This document shows, piece after piece, positions 46,351-55,057 of a stretch of DNA of 60,343 nucleotides. Origin of the DNA: a virus (lineage: Duplodnaviria; Caudoviricetes); the IMG/VR virus record IMGVR_UViG_3300042940_002972, positions 1 to 60,343 of that record; one strand, given 5' to 3'. The position numbers were made by a program, and so were the translations under genes. Position 1 is the first letter of the stretch, and every line of letters begins with the position of its first letter. The notes beneath the pieces were generated by a model. The model was not told the origin of the DNA and did no database searches. It saw nothing but the letters and a program-made list of their open reading frames with translations.

Positions 46351-49300
46351 TTAAACGTTCAGAACTGCACTTATGTAAACAGTCTGCCCTGTGTTCCAAC
46401 TAGTTGATGCTGATTGAATCAAAACAGCGTTACCTGTGTTCCCTGTAATTGGCGGAACACTGATTCCTGTACCGAACACAAATCCATCGCCCGCAACACC
46501 TGGAGGTGTTCCTGTATTAGCTGACCAATATTTGAATGCGTTTGTATCACCAGAGTAAATCGCGGTACTTCCTGTTTGAGTCATTGTAATTGTAATACTT
46601 TGACCTGTAAATTGTGAGAAATAATTTGTTCTATCAATTCCATCAGTGTCAATTGAGTTCCAATATATTCCTCTACCACTTGTTGTCAATTCATTTGGAT
46701 TTGTACTTCCTGAAGTGATTGAAGGAGCACTATTCATAATTGTATTACCCGTTGTTGGAAAATTGTATGGTAATACAATTAAATTAAATGAATATCCTGT
46801 TACTGGTTCAGGTGTAACACTTGGTGTTGGCGTTAATGTTGGAGTAACTGATGGTGTTCCAGTATTAGTTACACTTGGTGTTGGCGTACTTGTAGTTGTT
46901 GGTGTAGGTGTTACTAAAGTTGCCTCACATGCTGCACAGTTAACATAGAAAAGAAGTGGTGTTGCACCGTCTGTTGGAGTTGCCACGGTCTTCTCAACAA
47001 TTCTATAACATCCACTTGGTGTTCCTCCTGTGAATGTGAAATTGAATACGTCACCAGATGCTAATGTCGATGGTCCTAAATCAGCAACTAATACGTTCAA
47101 AGTGGTACATCCCGAAATTGTGTATGTAGTAACCGAACTTAAGTCAGTTGTAGTTGGTGTTGGTGTGTTCGTTGGTGTTTCACTAGGTGTTTCACTTGGG
47201 GTTTCAGTTATTGTTGTAGTTGGTGTTTGAGTTAAAGTTGGTGTAGGGGTAGGTGTTGGTGATAATGTTCCTATAACACAAATATCAACAGCCCCTTCAT
47301 TAGGAGTGAAAAGAGGGAAGAATACATGTAATGGTTGTGTTACAGCGTTGGTTGATGTGTAAATTAAAGTTGAATTATAATAATACTTTACACTTATTCC
47401 ATCATAATCCACTTTCCACACATCAGATGATGAAACAACAGTACCGACATTTAAAACGGCAACTTGACCACCGTTTTCATATATTTCAATTTGGTCACTA
47501 TTATACAGGTAAATACCATATGACGTATCCTCATATGTGCTGCCAGGGGTAGCGGTTGGGTTGTAAGAGAATCCACCCATTAAAATATTACCATTCGCAG
47601 AAGTTTGGAAGGTTACGGAAACAGGACCAGTAAATGTCTCTAAAGAATATGCCGATGAATCCCATCCTGATGTTCCATCATTTATCGCACTATTACTTGT
47701 TGTTGTAGCATTGTTACCTATGAAAGTAAATGTTTCACAGTTTAAAATTGGTGATGGAGTTGGAGTTTGTGTTGATGTGTTTGTTGGTGTAGGTGTAGAG
47801 GTTGATGTTTCGGTATTTGTTGGTGTAGGAGTAGATGTTAAAGTTTCAGTTGGTGTGTTAGTTGCTGTTTCAGTAGGTGTATTAGTTGGAGTTTCACTTG
47901 GTGTATTAGTTGGGGTTGGAGTTATATTAGAAATCTCACAATCATTACATCCACCATATCCAAATGATGCGGTAAACGCGTCGTCTATCGGAGCATTTAT
48001 CTTACCAATGACTGAATAACATCCACTTGGTGTTGCTCCTGTGAATGTGTAATAGTTTACATCTCCAGGAACTATTAATCCTGGTCCTAAATCGACAACT
48101 AAAACATTTAGATTAGTACATCCTGAAATTGTATATGTAGTTATAGTACTTAAATCTGTAGCCGTAGGAGTTGGTGTTGGTGTAGGTGTTTCAGCGGCTT
48201 GGGTTTCCGTTGCTGTAGGAGTTGGTGTATTTGTGGGAGTTTCACTGCTTGTTGCTGTAGGTGTTGGTGTTGGTGTTTCAGTCGGTGTAGGAGTGGAAGT
48301 CTCAGGTAGTGGAGTACATGAACCATCCTCCGCCAAGATAGTCAGAGCCGTTTCACAATTGAATGTTATACCATTGAAATCATAATTTGAAGGACCTGTA
48401 CCTGTTATATTTGAACAATAAACGTTACCAAAACTGTCTGTTAGTGTTATTTTTTGTGCGGCAACAGAGTTGAATACAGAAACTCTAACGTCTACGGTAC
48501 CAACAGTAGTCGAACACAAGAATGTTCCATTACCTGGTGTGTTAGGTAACGGTTGACCCGAAACATAAGTAGCCGAACTTCCATTTATTGTGACGCCCTC
48601 TATGCTAACGTCAAGAGATGAGTTTGTTAGAATATTAATTTCACAACATGTTTTTGTAGAGGTTGGTGTGAATGTCGGTGTACAAGTTGGTGTCTCAGTT
48701 AAAGTTGGTGTGCAAGTTTTTGTCACAGTAGGAGTTGGTGTAGGTGTCTCAGCAACCTGAGTTTCTGTATTAGTTGGAGTAGGTGTAGGTGTCTCAGTTA
48801 AAGTTGGTGTGCAAGTTTTTGTCACAGTAGGAGTTGGTGTAGGTGTCTCAGCTGCTTGAGTTTCTGTAGCGGTTGGAGTAGGAGTAGGTGTTTCAGCTGC
48901 TTGAGTTTCTGTAGCGGTTGGTGTAGGAGTAGGTGTTTCAGCTGCTTGAGTTTCTGTAGCGGTTGGAGTAGGAGTAGGTGTCTCAGCAACCTGAGTTTCT
49001 GTATTAGTTGGAGTAGGAGTAGGTGTTTCAGCTGCTTGAGTTTCTGTAGCGGTTGGAGTAGGAGTAGGTGTTTCAGCTGCTTGAGTTTCTGTAGCGGTTG
49101 GAGTAGGAGTAGGTGTTTCAGCTGCTTGAGTTTCTGTAGCGGTTGGAGTAGGAGTAGGTGTTTCAGACTCTGTTGGAGTACAAGAAGGTGTTACACCAGG
49201 TGTAGCCGTATTTGTTACTGTAGGAGTAGGTGTAGGTGTTATATCACAAATACATGACCCACTATACACAATATTAGAAACGTGTTGTCCTGTTATAGAT

Positions 49301-50511
49301 TCATTTTGAATACAAACACCTGTCAACGTATAACCTGTTCCTATAGTATAAGGTCCTGAATAATCACAGTTTCCACAACAATCGATATACTCAATTACAG
49401 AATTATTACAGTCAATATCGAATGAAGCATATGAATAACATAGTTGTGAAGTAGGTGTTGGAGTTGGAGTTACAGGCACTGTTGAAGTTGCGGTGGGTGT
49501 AACTCCCGTAAAAGTTGTTGGCGTAACAGTTGGTGTTGTTGTCGGTGTTGGAGTAGGTGTGGGAGTCTCTGAACCAATCATAAATGCGGTATTACATTTT
49601 ATAGTCGATGATGCTCCCTGCGCACCTAAATTCGATATCCTCACACCACCATACGGTGATGTCTTATCCATTTTATAAACATAAACACCATAAATGTATA
49701 TTTCGTTGTTGAATATTGCAATACCTCCCGTACCAGTAAGGTTATCTATCGCAACAGTTTTACTTTCAAATTCAAAATTACCTGTATTATAATCGAATTG
49801 ATATAATACAATATATGGAACTCCTCCTATTTCTTTATCTGAAGCAACCAATAATTTACTATTTACGGTGACCAAAAAATCACCACCCACAAAATAACCC
49901 GGGGGTAGTTGATATTTCAACGTTCCTGTCATGAGTGTAGACGGTGCTGTTGGTATTGTAAGCTCCCAAACGTTCCTTTCAAAATCAATGAATACCAAAT
50001 CACCATTCGGTGCTTGACAAAGACCAGGGCTAGCAGGAGCAGTGATAACAATATTATTCGGAAAAGTCAAATCCCTGTAAGTTGAAGAGACTTGGTAAGG
50101 TGGGTCACCTAACAGACTCCATTCTCTAATAACATAAGTAAAAGGTGCAGGGTTATATAATTTCCAAAGTTTTTCTTGTGAATGTGCAACATCTAACGAT
50201 TGTGTAATATCATTTGGTATAACCATTTGAGGACCCCTAATATTTGTTGAGGGATTGTAATAGAAAGTTCCCACACCAAAAATATTGACTAAGGTAACAC
50301 ACTCTGGTATAGTCTCTAAAACCTCCTCAACTGATGTTGTGTTGGAAAAAAAATTTGGGATATTCAAAGTATCTTTTATTGCCCAAATTGTTTTATTTTG
50401 ATTTGGAGCAAGTTTGACCTGTGATTCGAATTCGGAATTATCACATCTTTGATAACTGAAAGTGACTACGGTAGTACCACTATTTTTTATACTATATTTA
50501 ACACAATTCAT
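46351..50511 (-). CDS. Large modular mucin-like Thr/Pro-rich protein (paralog 3)
   Basis: Shared N-terminal module; small Cys-containing domains separated by six Thr/Pro tracts; one internal domain (TYTISGC...TPSGCY) is duplicated. Confidence 0.78.
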   Translation of the reverse strand: MNCVKYSIKNSGTTVVTFSYQRCDNSEFESQVKLAPNQNKTIWAIKDTLNIPNFFSNTTSVEEVLETIPECVTLVNIFGVGTFYYNPSTNIRGPQMVIPNDITQSLDVAHSQEKLWKLYNPAPFTYVIREWSLLGDPPYQVSSTYRDLTFPNNIVITAPASPGLCQAPNGDLVFIDFERNVWELTIPTAPSTLMTGTLKYQLPPGYFVGGDFLVTVNSKLLVASDKEIGGVPYIVLYQFDYNTGNFEFESKTVAIDNLTGTGGIAIFNNEIYIYGVYVYKMDKTSPYGGVRISNLGAQGASSTIKCNTAFMIGSETPTPTPTPTTTPTVTPTTFTGVTPTATSTVPVTPTPTPTSQLCYSYASFDIDCNNSVIEYIDCCGNCDYSGPYTIGTGYTLTGVCIQNESITGQHVSNIVYSGSCICDITPTPTPTVTNTATPGVTPSCTPTESETPTPTPTATETQAAETPTPTPTATETQAAETPTPTPTATETQAAETPTPTPTNTETQVAETPTPTPTATETQAAETPTPTPTATETQAAETPTPTPTATETQAAETPTPTPTVTKTCTPTLTETPTPTPTNTETQVAETPTPTPTVTKTCTPTLTETPTCTPTFTPTSTKTCCEINILTNSSLDVSIEGVTINGSSATYVSGQPLPNTPGNGTFLCSTTVGTVDVRVSVFNSVAAQKITLTDSFGNVYCSNITGTGPSNYDFNGITFNCETALTILAEDGSCTPLPETSTPTPTETPTPTPTATSSETPTNTPTPTATETQAAETPTPTPTPTATDLSTITTYTISGCTNLNVLVVDLGPGLIVPGDVNYYTFTGATPSGCYSVIGKINAPIDDAFTASFGYGGCNDCEISNITPTPTNTPSETPTNTPTETATNTPTETLTSTPTPTNTETSTSTPTPTNTSTQTPTPSPILNCETFTFIGNNATTTSNSAINDGTSGWDSSAYSLETFTGPVSVTFQTSANGNILMGGFSYNPTATPGSTYEDTSYGIYLYNSDQIEIYENGGQVAVLNVGTVVSSSDVWKVDYDGISVKYYYNSTLIYTSTNAVTQPLHVFFPLFTPNEGAVDICVIGTLSPTPTPTPTLTQTPTTTITETPSETPSETPTNTPTPTTTDLSSVTTYTISGCTTLNVLVADLGPSTLASGDVFNFTFTGGTPSGCYRIVEKTVATPTDGATPLLFYVNCAACEATLVTPTPTTTSTPTPSVTNTGTPSVTPTLTPTPSVTPEPVTGYSFNLIVLPYNFPTTGNTIMNSAPSITSGSTNPNELTTSGRGIYWNSIDTDGIDRTNYFSQFTGQSITITMTQTGSTAIYSGDTNAFKYWSANTGTPPGVAGDGFVFGTGISVPPITGNTGNAVLIQSASTSWNTGQTVYISAVLNV
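48850..49164 (-). repeat. 45-bp coding tandem repeat, 7 copies (ETPTPTPTATETQAA)
   Basis: Near-identical units GTTTCAGCTGCTTGAGTTTCTGTAGCGGTTGGAGTAGGAGTAGGT; copy 4 is a NTETQVA variant; related units continue to about 48690. Confidence 0.95.
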
Positions 50512-50520
50512 TTTTTTTAT

Positions 50521-50799
50521 TTAAGGGGCTGACGATGGTGTTGGTGTTGGTGTTGGTGTTGGTGTAGGAGTGGGTTCGGGTGTATTACTTGGTGTTGGTG
50601 TTGGAGGGAATGTTGTTTCGGAAATAATAATATTGAAACCCGCAGCATAAGAAAATGTACTTGTCACACACCAAATATTTTTTGTTTCGTTGGGATTCAA
50701 CTGAACTTGATATTCCCATTCTGAATTACTGCATTCTTGATAGTTGAAAGAAACAACTGTACTACCGGTGTTAGTTAGAGATAGTTTACTACAGGCCAT
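50521..50799 (-). CDS. Minimal paralog 4: shared N-terminal module plus PT tail
   Basis: MACSKLSLTNTGSTVVSFNYQECSNSEWEYQVQLNPNETKNIW followed only by a (PT)n tail. Confidence 0.8.
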   Translation of the reverse strand: MACSKLSLTNTGSTVVSFNYQECSNSEWEYQVQLNPNETKNIWCVTSTFSYAAGFNIIISETTFPPTPTPSNTPEPTPTPTPTPTPTPSSAP

Positions 50800-50843
50800 A
50801 TTTTTTTATTTATAAATACTTTATTTCCAAAATAAATTTGGAA

Positions 50844-53057
50844 TTATGGACATAATCCTATGTTTACAATCAAACCAGTACCAGGGTCTATTTGAATAAA
50901 TTTACCACCATCAGTTATAATACTTTCTGAACCTATTGGGGGTATGCTACAAAGTAAGTTACCATAAACAAAATCCCCTGGTTGTAATTCTGTCCATGGT
51001 ACAAATGAATATATTTGTACATTAGCGGGTCCATATCCCGCCATCGAACAAGCATTATTCCAAACAGAATCTGTCCATAAATTATCTGAATAAACTACTT
51101 GTGGTGTAATTGATGGAGTAGGTGTATTTGTAGGAGTTACAGGTGGAGTAGGTGTATTTGTAGGAGTTACAGGTGGTGTAGGCGTTTGAGACGGCGGTGG
51201 AACTATACAATTCGGACAATTTGGGTCTAATAAATTATATCTATTTTTCAAAACCCTGAAATTGTGTGCAACCTGCGCAGCATTCAATGGTTCAGTATAC
51301 ATTCTAAAGGCACTTATATTACCTATAAAACTACCAGCAAATAATTCCTCTAGTCTAATGTTTGTTGTAAGTCCCGAATAAATTGTATTATTCAAATCTT
51401 CAGTGGTCAAACATTCAGGGTCTTGTTGATAAACGATATCATCAATTGTTGGCGGACACCCACCCGAGAAAGTTAAATTGTCATGTAACCCTTGAGTTCC
51501 TCCCCCAATAGAAATATTATAACCAACACCAATTTGTTTCTCTCTTGGTGTATTTAAAAGTCTCGGAATTATTTCTTCAAAATCCAAAATGACCATAAAC
51601 AATCTACCATTTATATAAATTTCCAAGTCACCGATTCTGAAATTTTTCTCTTCCATCCAAGAATCTTTGAATTTTACAATTTCAGTTGTTGCTGGGTCAT
51701 AAACTTCTCTATGTGTAAGAGGTGGTTCTATCAAACTCAAGCTATTGTTGGCAGTTGTTGCGGTGTATTGTTCCGAAACCAATAATCCCAATCCTCCCAA
51801 ATCCAACAAATCACATCCCTCAAAATATTCTCGTCTTCTAAAAACAACGTCAACTTGAACCCAATTTTCCTGAAGTATATAATTTGTATTGTCGCAATCA
51901 TGAAAAATACCCCTTGTCGAACACCATTCGTTTACCGAGGTTCCCGTAACATAAGTTTGTGCCGAGGTACAGACGCCCGTAAATTCGCAAGCACCTGTGA
52001 TTGTATAAGTTTTCACACATATTCTTGGATTACCGCTATCTCCAGATAGTCTGACTGATAGAGCATTAGAAATTCCATCATATAACGGGTCCAATTCAGG
52101 TACAGATGCTTCTGCTGTCGGTTGACCACAACCACACAAACAGGTATAAGATGTTACACCCGATGGTTGATAAACAGGAATACACGAATGCTCGGCAGTA
52201 ATACCAGTGTTCAAACACTCACAAGTATGCATACATGTCAATCCTGAAGTAACCCTTGTGTAACCTGTATCTTGTTTTGGTGAGCCGTCTGCATAGTGAT
52301 AAAATTTGTTTTCGGCTCTTGCCCCCATATAAAAAAATGTACCCTTGTTTTCAGGATATCTTTTATTCAATCCAACGTAGGTGTCCCCCCACCATCTATG
52401 TTTTAACATAAATTCGGCAGTCCATCCTAAACTAACCCTTTCAGGAAATACCTGATAATCATAACCGGGTATTTTATAAAACCCTTGAAAAAATCCACCG
52501 AATAAATCTGCAACATAACCTACAGATGCGTTTTCATAGGCATATTCCAACTGATATGTATATGAGTCATCGTTCCATAATCTATTCTGAGTTGTTGTAA
52601 AACCCGTTATTGGATGTAGTTTCATCCTTCTATCATACTTGTACCTACTGAACTTATCAGAAATATTTGTGTATAACCCAGTTGTAATTTCAATCGTTTC
52701 TCCTGACATTTTCTCTACTAACCCATTATCAATTCCCGTAAGACCAACATCACAAAGAGTAGATGCTGAAGGACATAAATTCGGGTCAATATCAGATGGA
52801 TTCCAATAATTTTGTGAAACAATTGTATCACTACTAAAATGACAATCATTATTTTGACATATTGTTGTACCTGTTGAATCAAAATCAAATTTGAAAGGCA
52901 TTCTATTACCATCATCCTCCCCTATCAGTAATGGAGAAAAAACCACTTCTTGGTCGTAATCTTTTTCATCGCTAGCAAGACATAAATCTGTAACCTCATT
53001 AAAGGGGATTAGTCTCCATTTTTGGAAATTGTATTGATTAATATTCTGATAAGACAT
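50844..53057 (-). CDS. Putative virion protein with LamG/ConA-like elements, PT linker and C-terminal domain
   Basis: LEIYING and FIGNISAFRMYTEPLNAAQVAHNF are LamG-like; TPTPPVTPTN repeats; TATTTAT upstream. Confidence 0.6.
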   Translation of the reverse strand: MSYQNINQYNFQKWRLIPFNEVTDLCLASDEKDYDQEVVFSPLLIGEDDGNRMPFKFDFDSTGTTICQNNDCHFSSDTIVSQNYWNPSDIDPNLCPSASTLCDVGLTGIDNGLVEKMSGETIEITTGLYTNISDKFSRYKYDRRMKLHPITGFTTTQNRLWNDDSYTYQLEYAYENASVGYVADLFGGFFQGFYKIPGYDYQVFPERVSLGWTAEFMLKHRWWGDTYVGLNKRYPENKGTFFYMGARAENKFYHYADGSPKQDTGYTRVTSGLTCMHTCECLNTGITAEHSCIPVYQPSGVTSYTCLCGCGQPTAEASVPELDPLYDGISNALSVRLSGDSGNPRICVKTYTITGACEFTGVCTSAQTYVTGTSVNEWCSTRGIFHDCDNTNYILQENWVQVDVVFRRREYFEGCDLLDLGGLGLLVSEQYTATTANNSLSLIEPPLTHREVYDPATTEIVKFKDSWMEEKNFRIGDLEIYINGRLFMVILDFEEIIPRLLNTPREKQIGVGYNISIGGGTQGLHDNLTFSGGCPPTIDDIVYQQDPECLTTEDLNNTIYSGLTTNIRLEELFAGSFIGNISAFRMYTEPLNAAQVAHNFRVLKNRYNLLDPNCPNCIVPPPSQTPTPPVTPTNTPTPPVTPTNTPTPSITPQVVYSDNLWTDSVWNNACSMAGYGPANVQIYSFVPWTELQPGDFVYGNLLCSIPPIGSESIITDGGKFIQIDPGTGLIVNIGLCP
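51115..51174 (-). repeat. 30-bp coding tandem repeat, 2 exact copies
   Basis: GGAGTAGGTGTATTTGTAGGAGTTACAGGT twice, encoding the [10 protein letters not shown] linker unit. Confidence 0.9.
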
Positions 53058-53066
53058 AAACTAATG

Positions 53067-53093
53067 ATAAATACATTACCAACGAGTATTTAT
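53067..53093. promoter_or_regulatory. Back-to-back TATTTAT promoter-like motifs for divergent genes
   Basis: ATAAATA at 53067-53073 (minus-strand motif) and TATTTAT at 53087-53093 (plus strand) in a 53-bp divergent gap. Confidence 0.65.
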
Positions 53094-53110
53094 AGAATAA
53101 AACTCAAAAG

Positions 53111-53911
53111 ATGATTACAGAAGGTTTGGAATATTATTCATCCCCTTATTATTTTTTCTTGAAAAACAAGGGAAAAGATTATTCATTATATATTGCGGTA
53201 GAAAATACTATTTCCGAAGCAAAAAATAATGATGTTATGGTCAAGGTACCTAAAGACAAAGTTGAAGCCGTAAAAAGATACATAAATAAAGTGACCAAAA
53301 AAAAATCTCCAAAAAAAACCTCTGATGTAAAAAAAGAAATTGAAGAATTGGTAGATTCTGATGGTGTGATGTCTCTTTCCAAAATTCCAATATTGGACCC
53401 AGCATTACATCCAAAAAAGACTATGGACCAAACTGTTGCCGCCTCAAGAATCACAAACGACCCAATTGCTCGTGGTTATAGAACTTATTATGGGGAATCT
53501 GTTGAAGTAGACGAAGTAGATTTATCTAAAGCTTTTGGATATGAAGAAACTTCAGGCAAAACACCAGAAGATACAATTAAAATTTTGAAGGACATGGGTG
53601 TTGATAACGCAAAAGAGAGAGCAAATGAATTCGGTAAAACAGTCAAAATAAATAAAGGTAAAAAACCTGGTAGTAAAATGAGAATCAGGTTAGTCGAAAA
53701 ACAGAGAATCGAGGAATTGAGAAAACAAAAGGTTTTCAAAATGTTGGAAGACATTTTGATGAAATCAAAAGATTCTGTTAGTTCTGATGTAAACAAAAAA
53801 GAAATTACCGTTTCAAAAATTTTGAAAAAAAATCTTAAATCTTTAAAAAGACAAGCGGAGAGAGAAGGAATATCAATTTCCTCTTTAGTAAAACTTTTAA
53901 AAAGTGAATAA
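53111..53911 (+). CDS. Hypothetical protein (Lys-rich)
   Basis: 266-aa ORF, first gene of the plus-strand operon. Confidence 0.75.
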   Translation: MITEGLEYYSSPYYFFLKNKGKDYSLYIAVENTISEAKNNDVMVKVPKDKVEAVKRYINKVTKKKSPKKTSDVKKEIEELVDSDGVMSLSKIPILDPALHPKKTMDQTVAASRITNDPIARGYRTYYGESVEVDEVDLSKAFGYEETSGKTPEDTIKILKDMGVDNAKERANEFGKTVKINKGKKPGSKMRIRLVEKQRIEELRKQKVFKMLEDILMKSKDSVSSDVNKKEITVSKILKKNLKSLKRQAEREGISISSLVKLLKSE

Positions 53912-54371
53912 AAATTTATACGATAAAGAAATTGAATTTCCAGAACACCTGAGGAAACATTTGAAAATTTGTTTCTACAAGGTGAAGGATTTTAATGAAA
54001 ATGACGAAGGATATAAAAGAAACAAAGAACTTCAGAATAAAAATTATATCACTTACAAACAACTCAAAAGAATCAAAAATTTTTTTGACAATTTCAAGGG
54101 TTCAGACAAAGAACCTTCATTTGTATTGAACGGTGGTTTCCCTATGAAAAATTGGGTAAATTATGAGTTGGATTTTATGAGAAGAAATCCCGAAGCGGTG
54201 AAGAAAAACAAAATGGAAACGGGAATGCAGAATCAATTTATAAAACCTCATGAAAAAAAGGATTTCACAAATGTTAGACCTTCTCAAAAACACTTGTCCA
54301 CAAGAGAAAAATATGATGTGGCCGTGACGGAAAGTCTAAAAAAAATAAACGATTTAATTTCGAAAATTTAA
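53904..54371 (+). CDS. Hypothetical protein
   Basis: 155-aa ORF with GTG start overlapping the upstream gene. Confidence 0.7.
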   Translation: MNKNLYDKEIEFPEHLRKHLKICFYKVKDFNENDEGYKRNKELQNKNYITYKQLKRIKNFFDNFKGSDKEPSFVLNGGFPMKNWVNYELDFMRRNPEAVKKNKMETGMQNQFIKPHEKKDFTNVRPSQKHLSTREKYDVAVTESLKKINDLISKI

Positions 54372-54375
54372 TTTT

Positions 54376-54675
54376 ATGGCAACTGACCTTCCTATTGATT
54401 TATCTCAAGATGTTCCTAATCAGCTAACAGCAATCGCTGAGTTAGAAAGAGCAAAACTTATTCCTAAAAATGATTACAACGGTGTTGGTAATCCGTATTC
54501 CGCGACTAATCAAGACGCCTTAGCAGACGGTGACAGATTGGGTAGGGGAACAGGTATATTTTTAGATGTTTATAACCCTGCTGCGGGAACTATAGATGAT
54601 ATAGCTGAACGTAGAAACGGAATAAAAACAAACAGATACAATTCAAGTAATCAATATCCGAACTTTCAGATATGA
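54376..54675 (+). CDS. Hypothetical protein
   Basis: 99-aa ORF tightly packed in the operon. Confidence 0.7.
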   Translation: MATDLPIDLSQDVPNQLTAIAELERAKLIPKNDYNGVGNPYSATNQDALADGDRLGRGTGIFLDVYNPAAGTIDDIAERRNGIKTNRYNSSNQYPNFQI

Positions 54676-55055
54676 AACTTAGTAAGATTTTTAAATCTTT
54701 AATATTGGAAATAGCTTCAATGGAAGAAATTGGTAATGCTATTGACGATAAAAAGGTTATTTCTATCTATTATGATGGAGATGTACCTGGAGGACCAGGA
54801 CTAAGGTCAGTTGAACCCGTTTGTTTATTTGTACACAAAGACAGTGGTAACTTAAACTTATGTGCTTGGGAAAGAGAAGGGGCATCTCATAAAGTGGCGG
54901 TGGGAGATGGAGTTTTGCCGGGTTGGAGATTATTTAGATTGGACAAAATTTTATCTTGGAACCCTACAGGAGAAACCTTTGATGAAATGAGGCCAGGTTT
55001 CAATCCGAATGGAGACAAAAGAGCCTCAGATATAAAATTTATTGCAAATTTTTAA
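54672..55055 (+). CDS. Stand-alone WYL-domain protein
   Basis: ISIYY...RSVEPVCL...LCAW...WRLFRLDKI matches the WYL fold pattern; no HTH. Confidence 0.75.
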   Translation: MKLSKIFKSLILEIASMEEIGNAIDDKKVISIYYDGDVPGGPGLRSVEPVCLFVHKDSGNLNLCAWEREGASHKVAVGDGVLPGWRLFRLDKILSWNPTGETFDEMRPGFNPNGDKRASDIKFIANF

Positions 55056-55057
55056 TT

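Noticed and set aside
48850-49164. 45-bp repeats as a possible CRISPR array
   Set aside because: The units are contiguous with no unique spacers, are a multiple of 3 and lie in frame within a CDS; no cas genes are present.
45275-49678. Plus-strand Val/Gly-rich and Ser/Cys/Arg-rich ORFs (e.g. 45275..45613, 46646..46948, 47711..48019, 48856..49257)
   Set aside because: They are antisense shadows of the Thr/Pro codon repeats in the minus-strand genes.
38740-53057. Diversity-generating retroelement acting on the surface proteins
   Set aside because: No reverse transcriptase and no template/variable repeat pair differing only at adenines was seen in this window.
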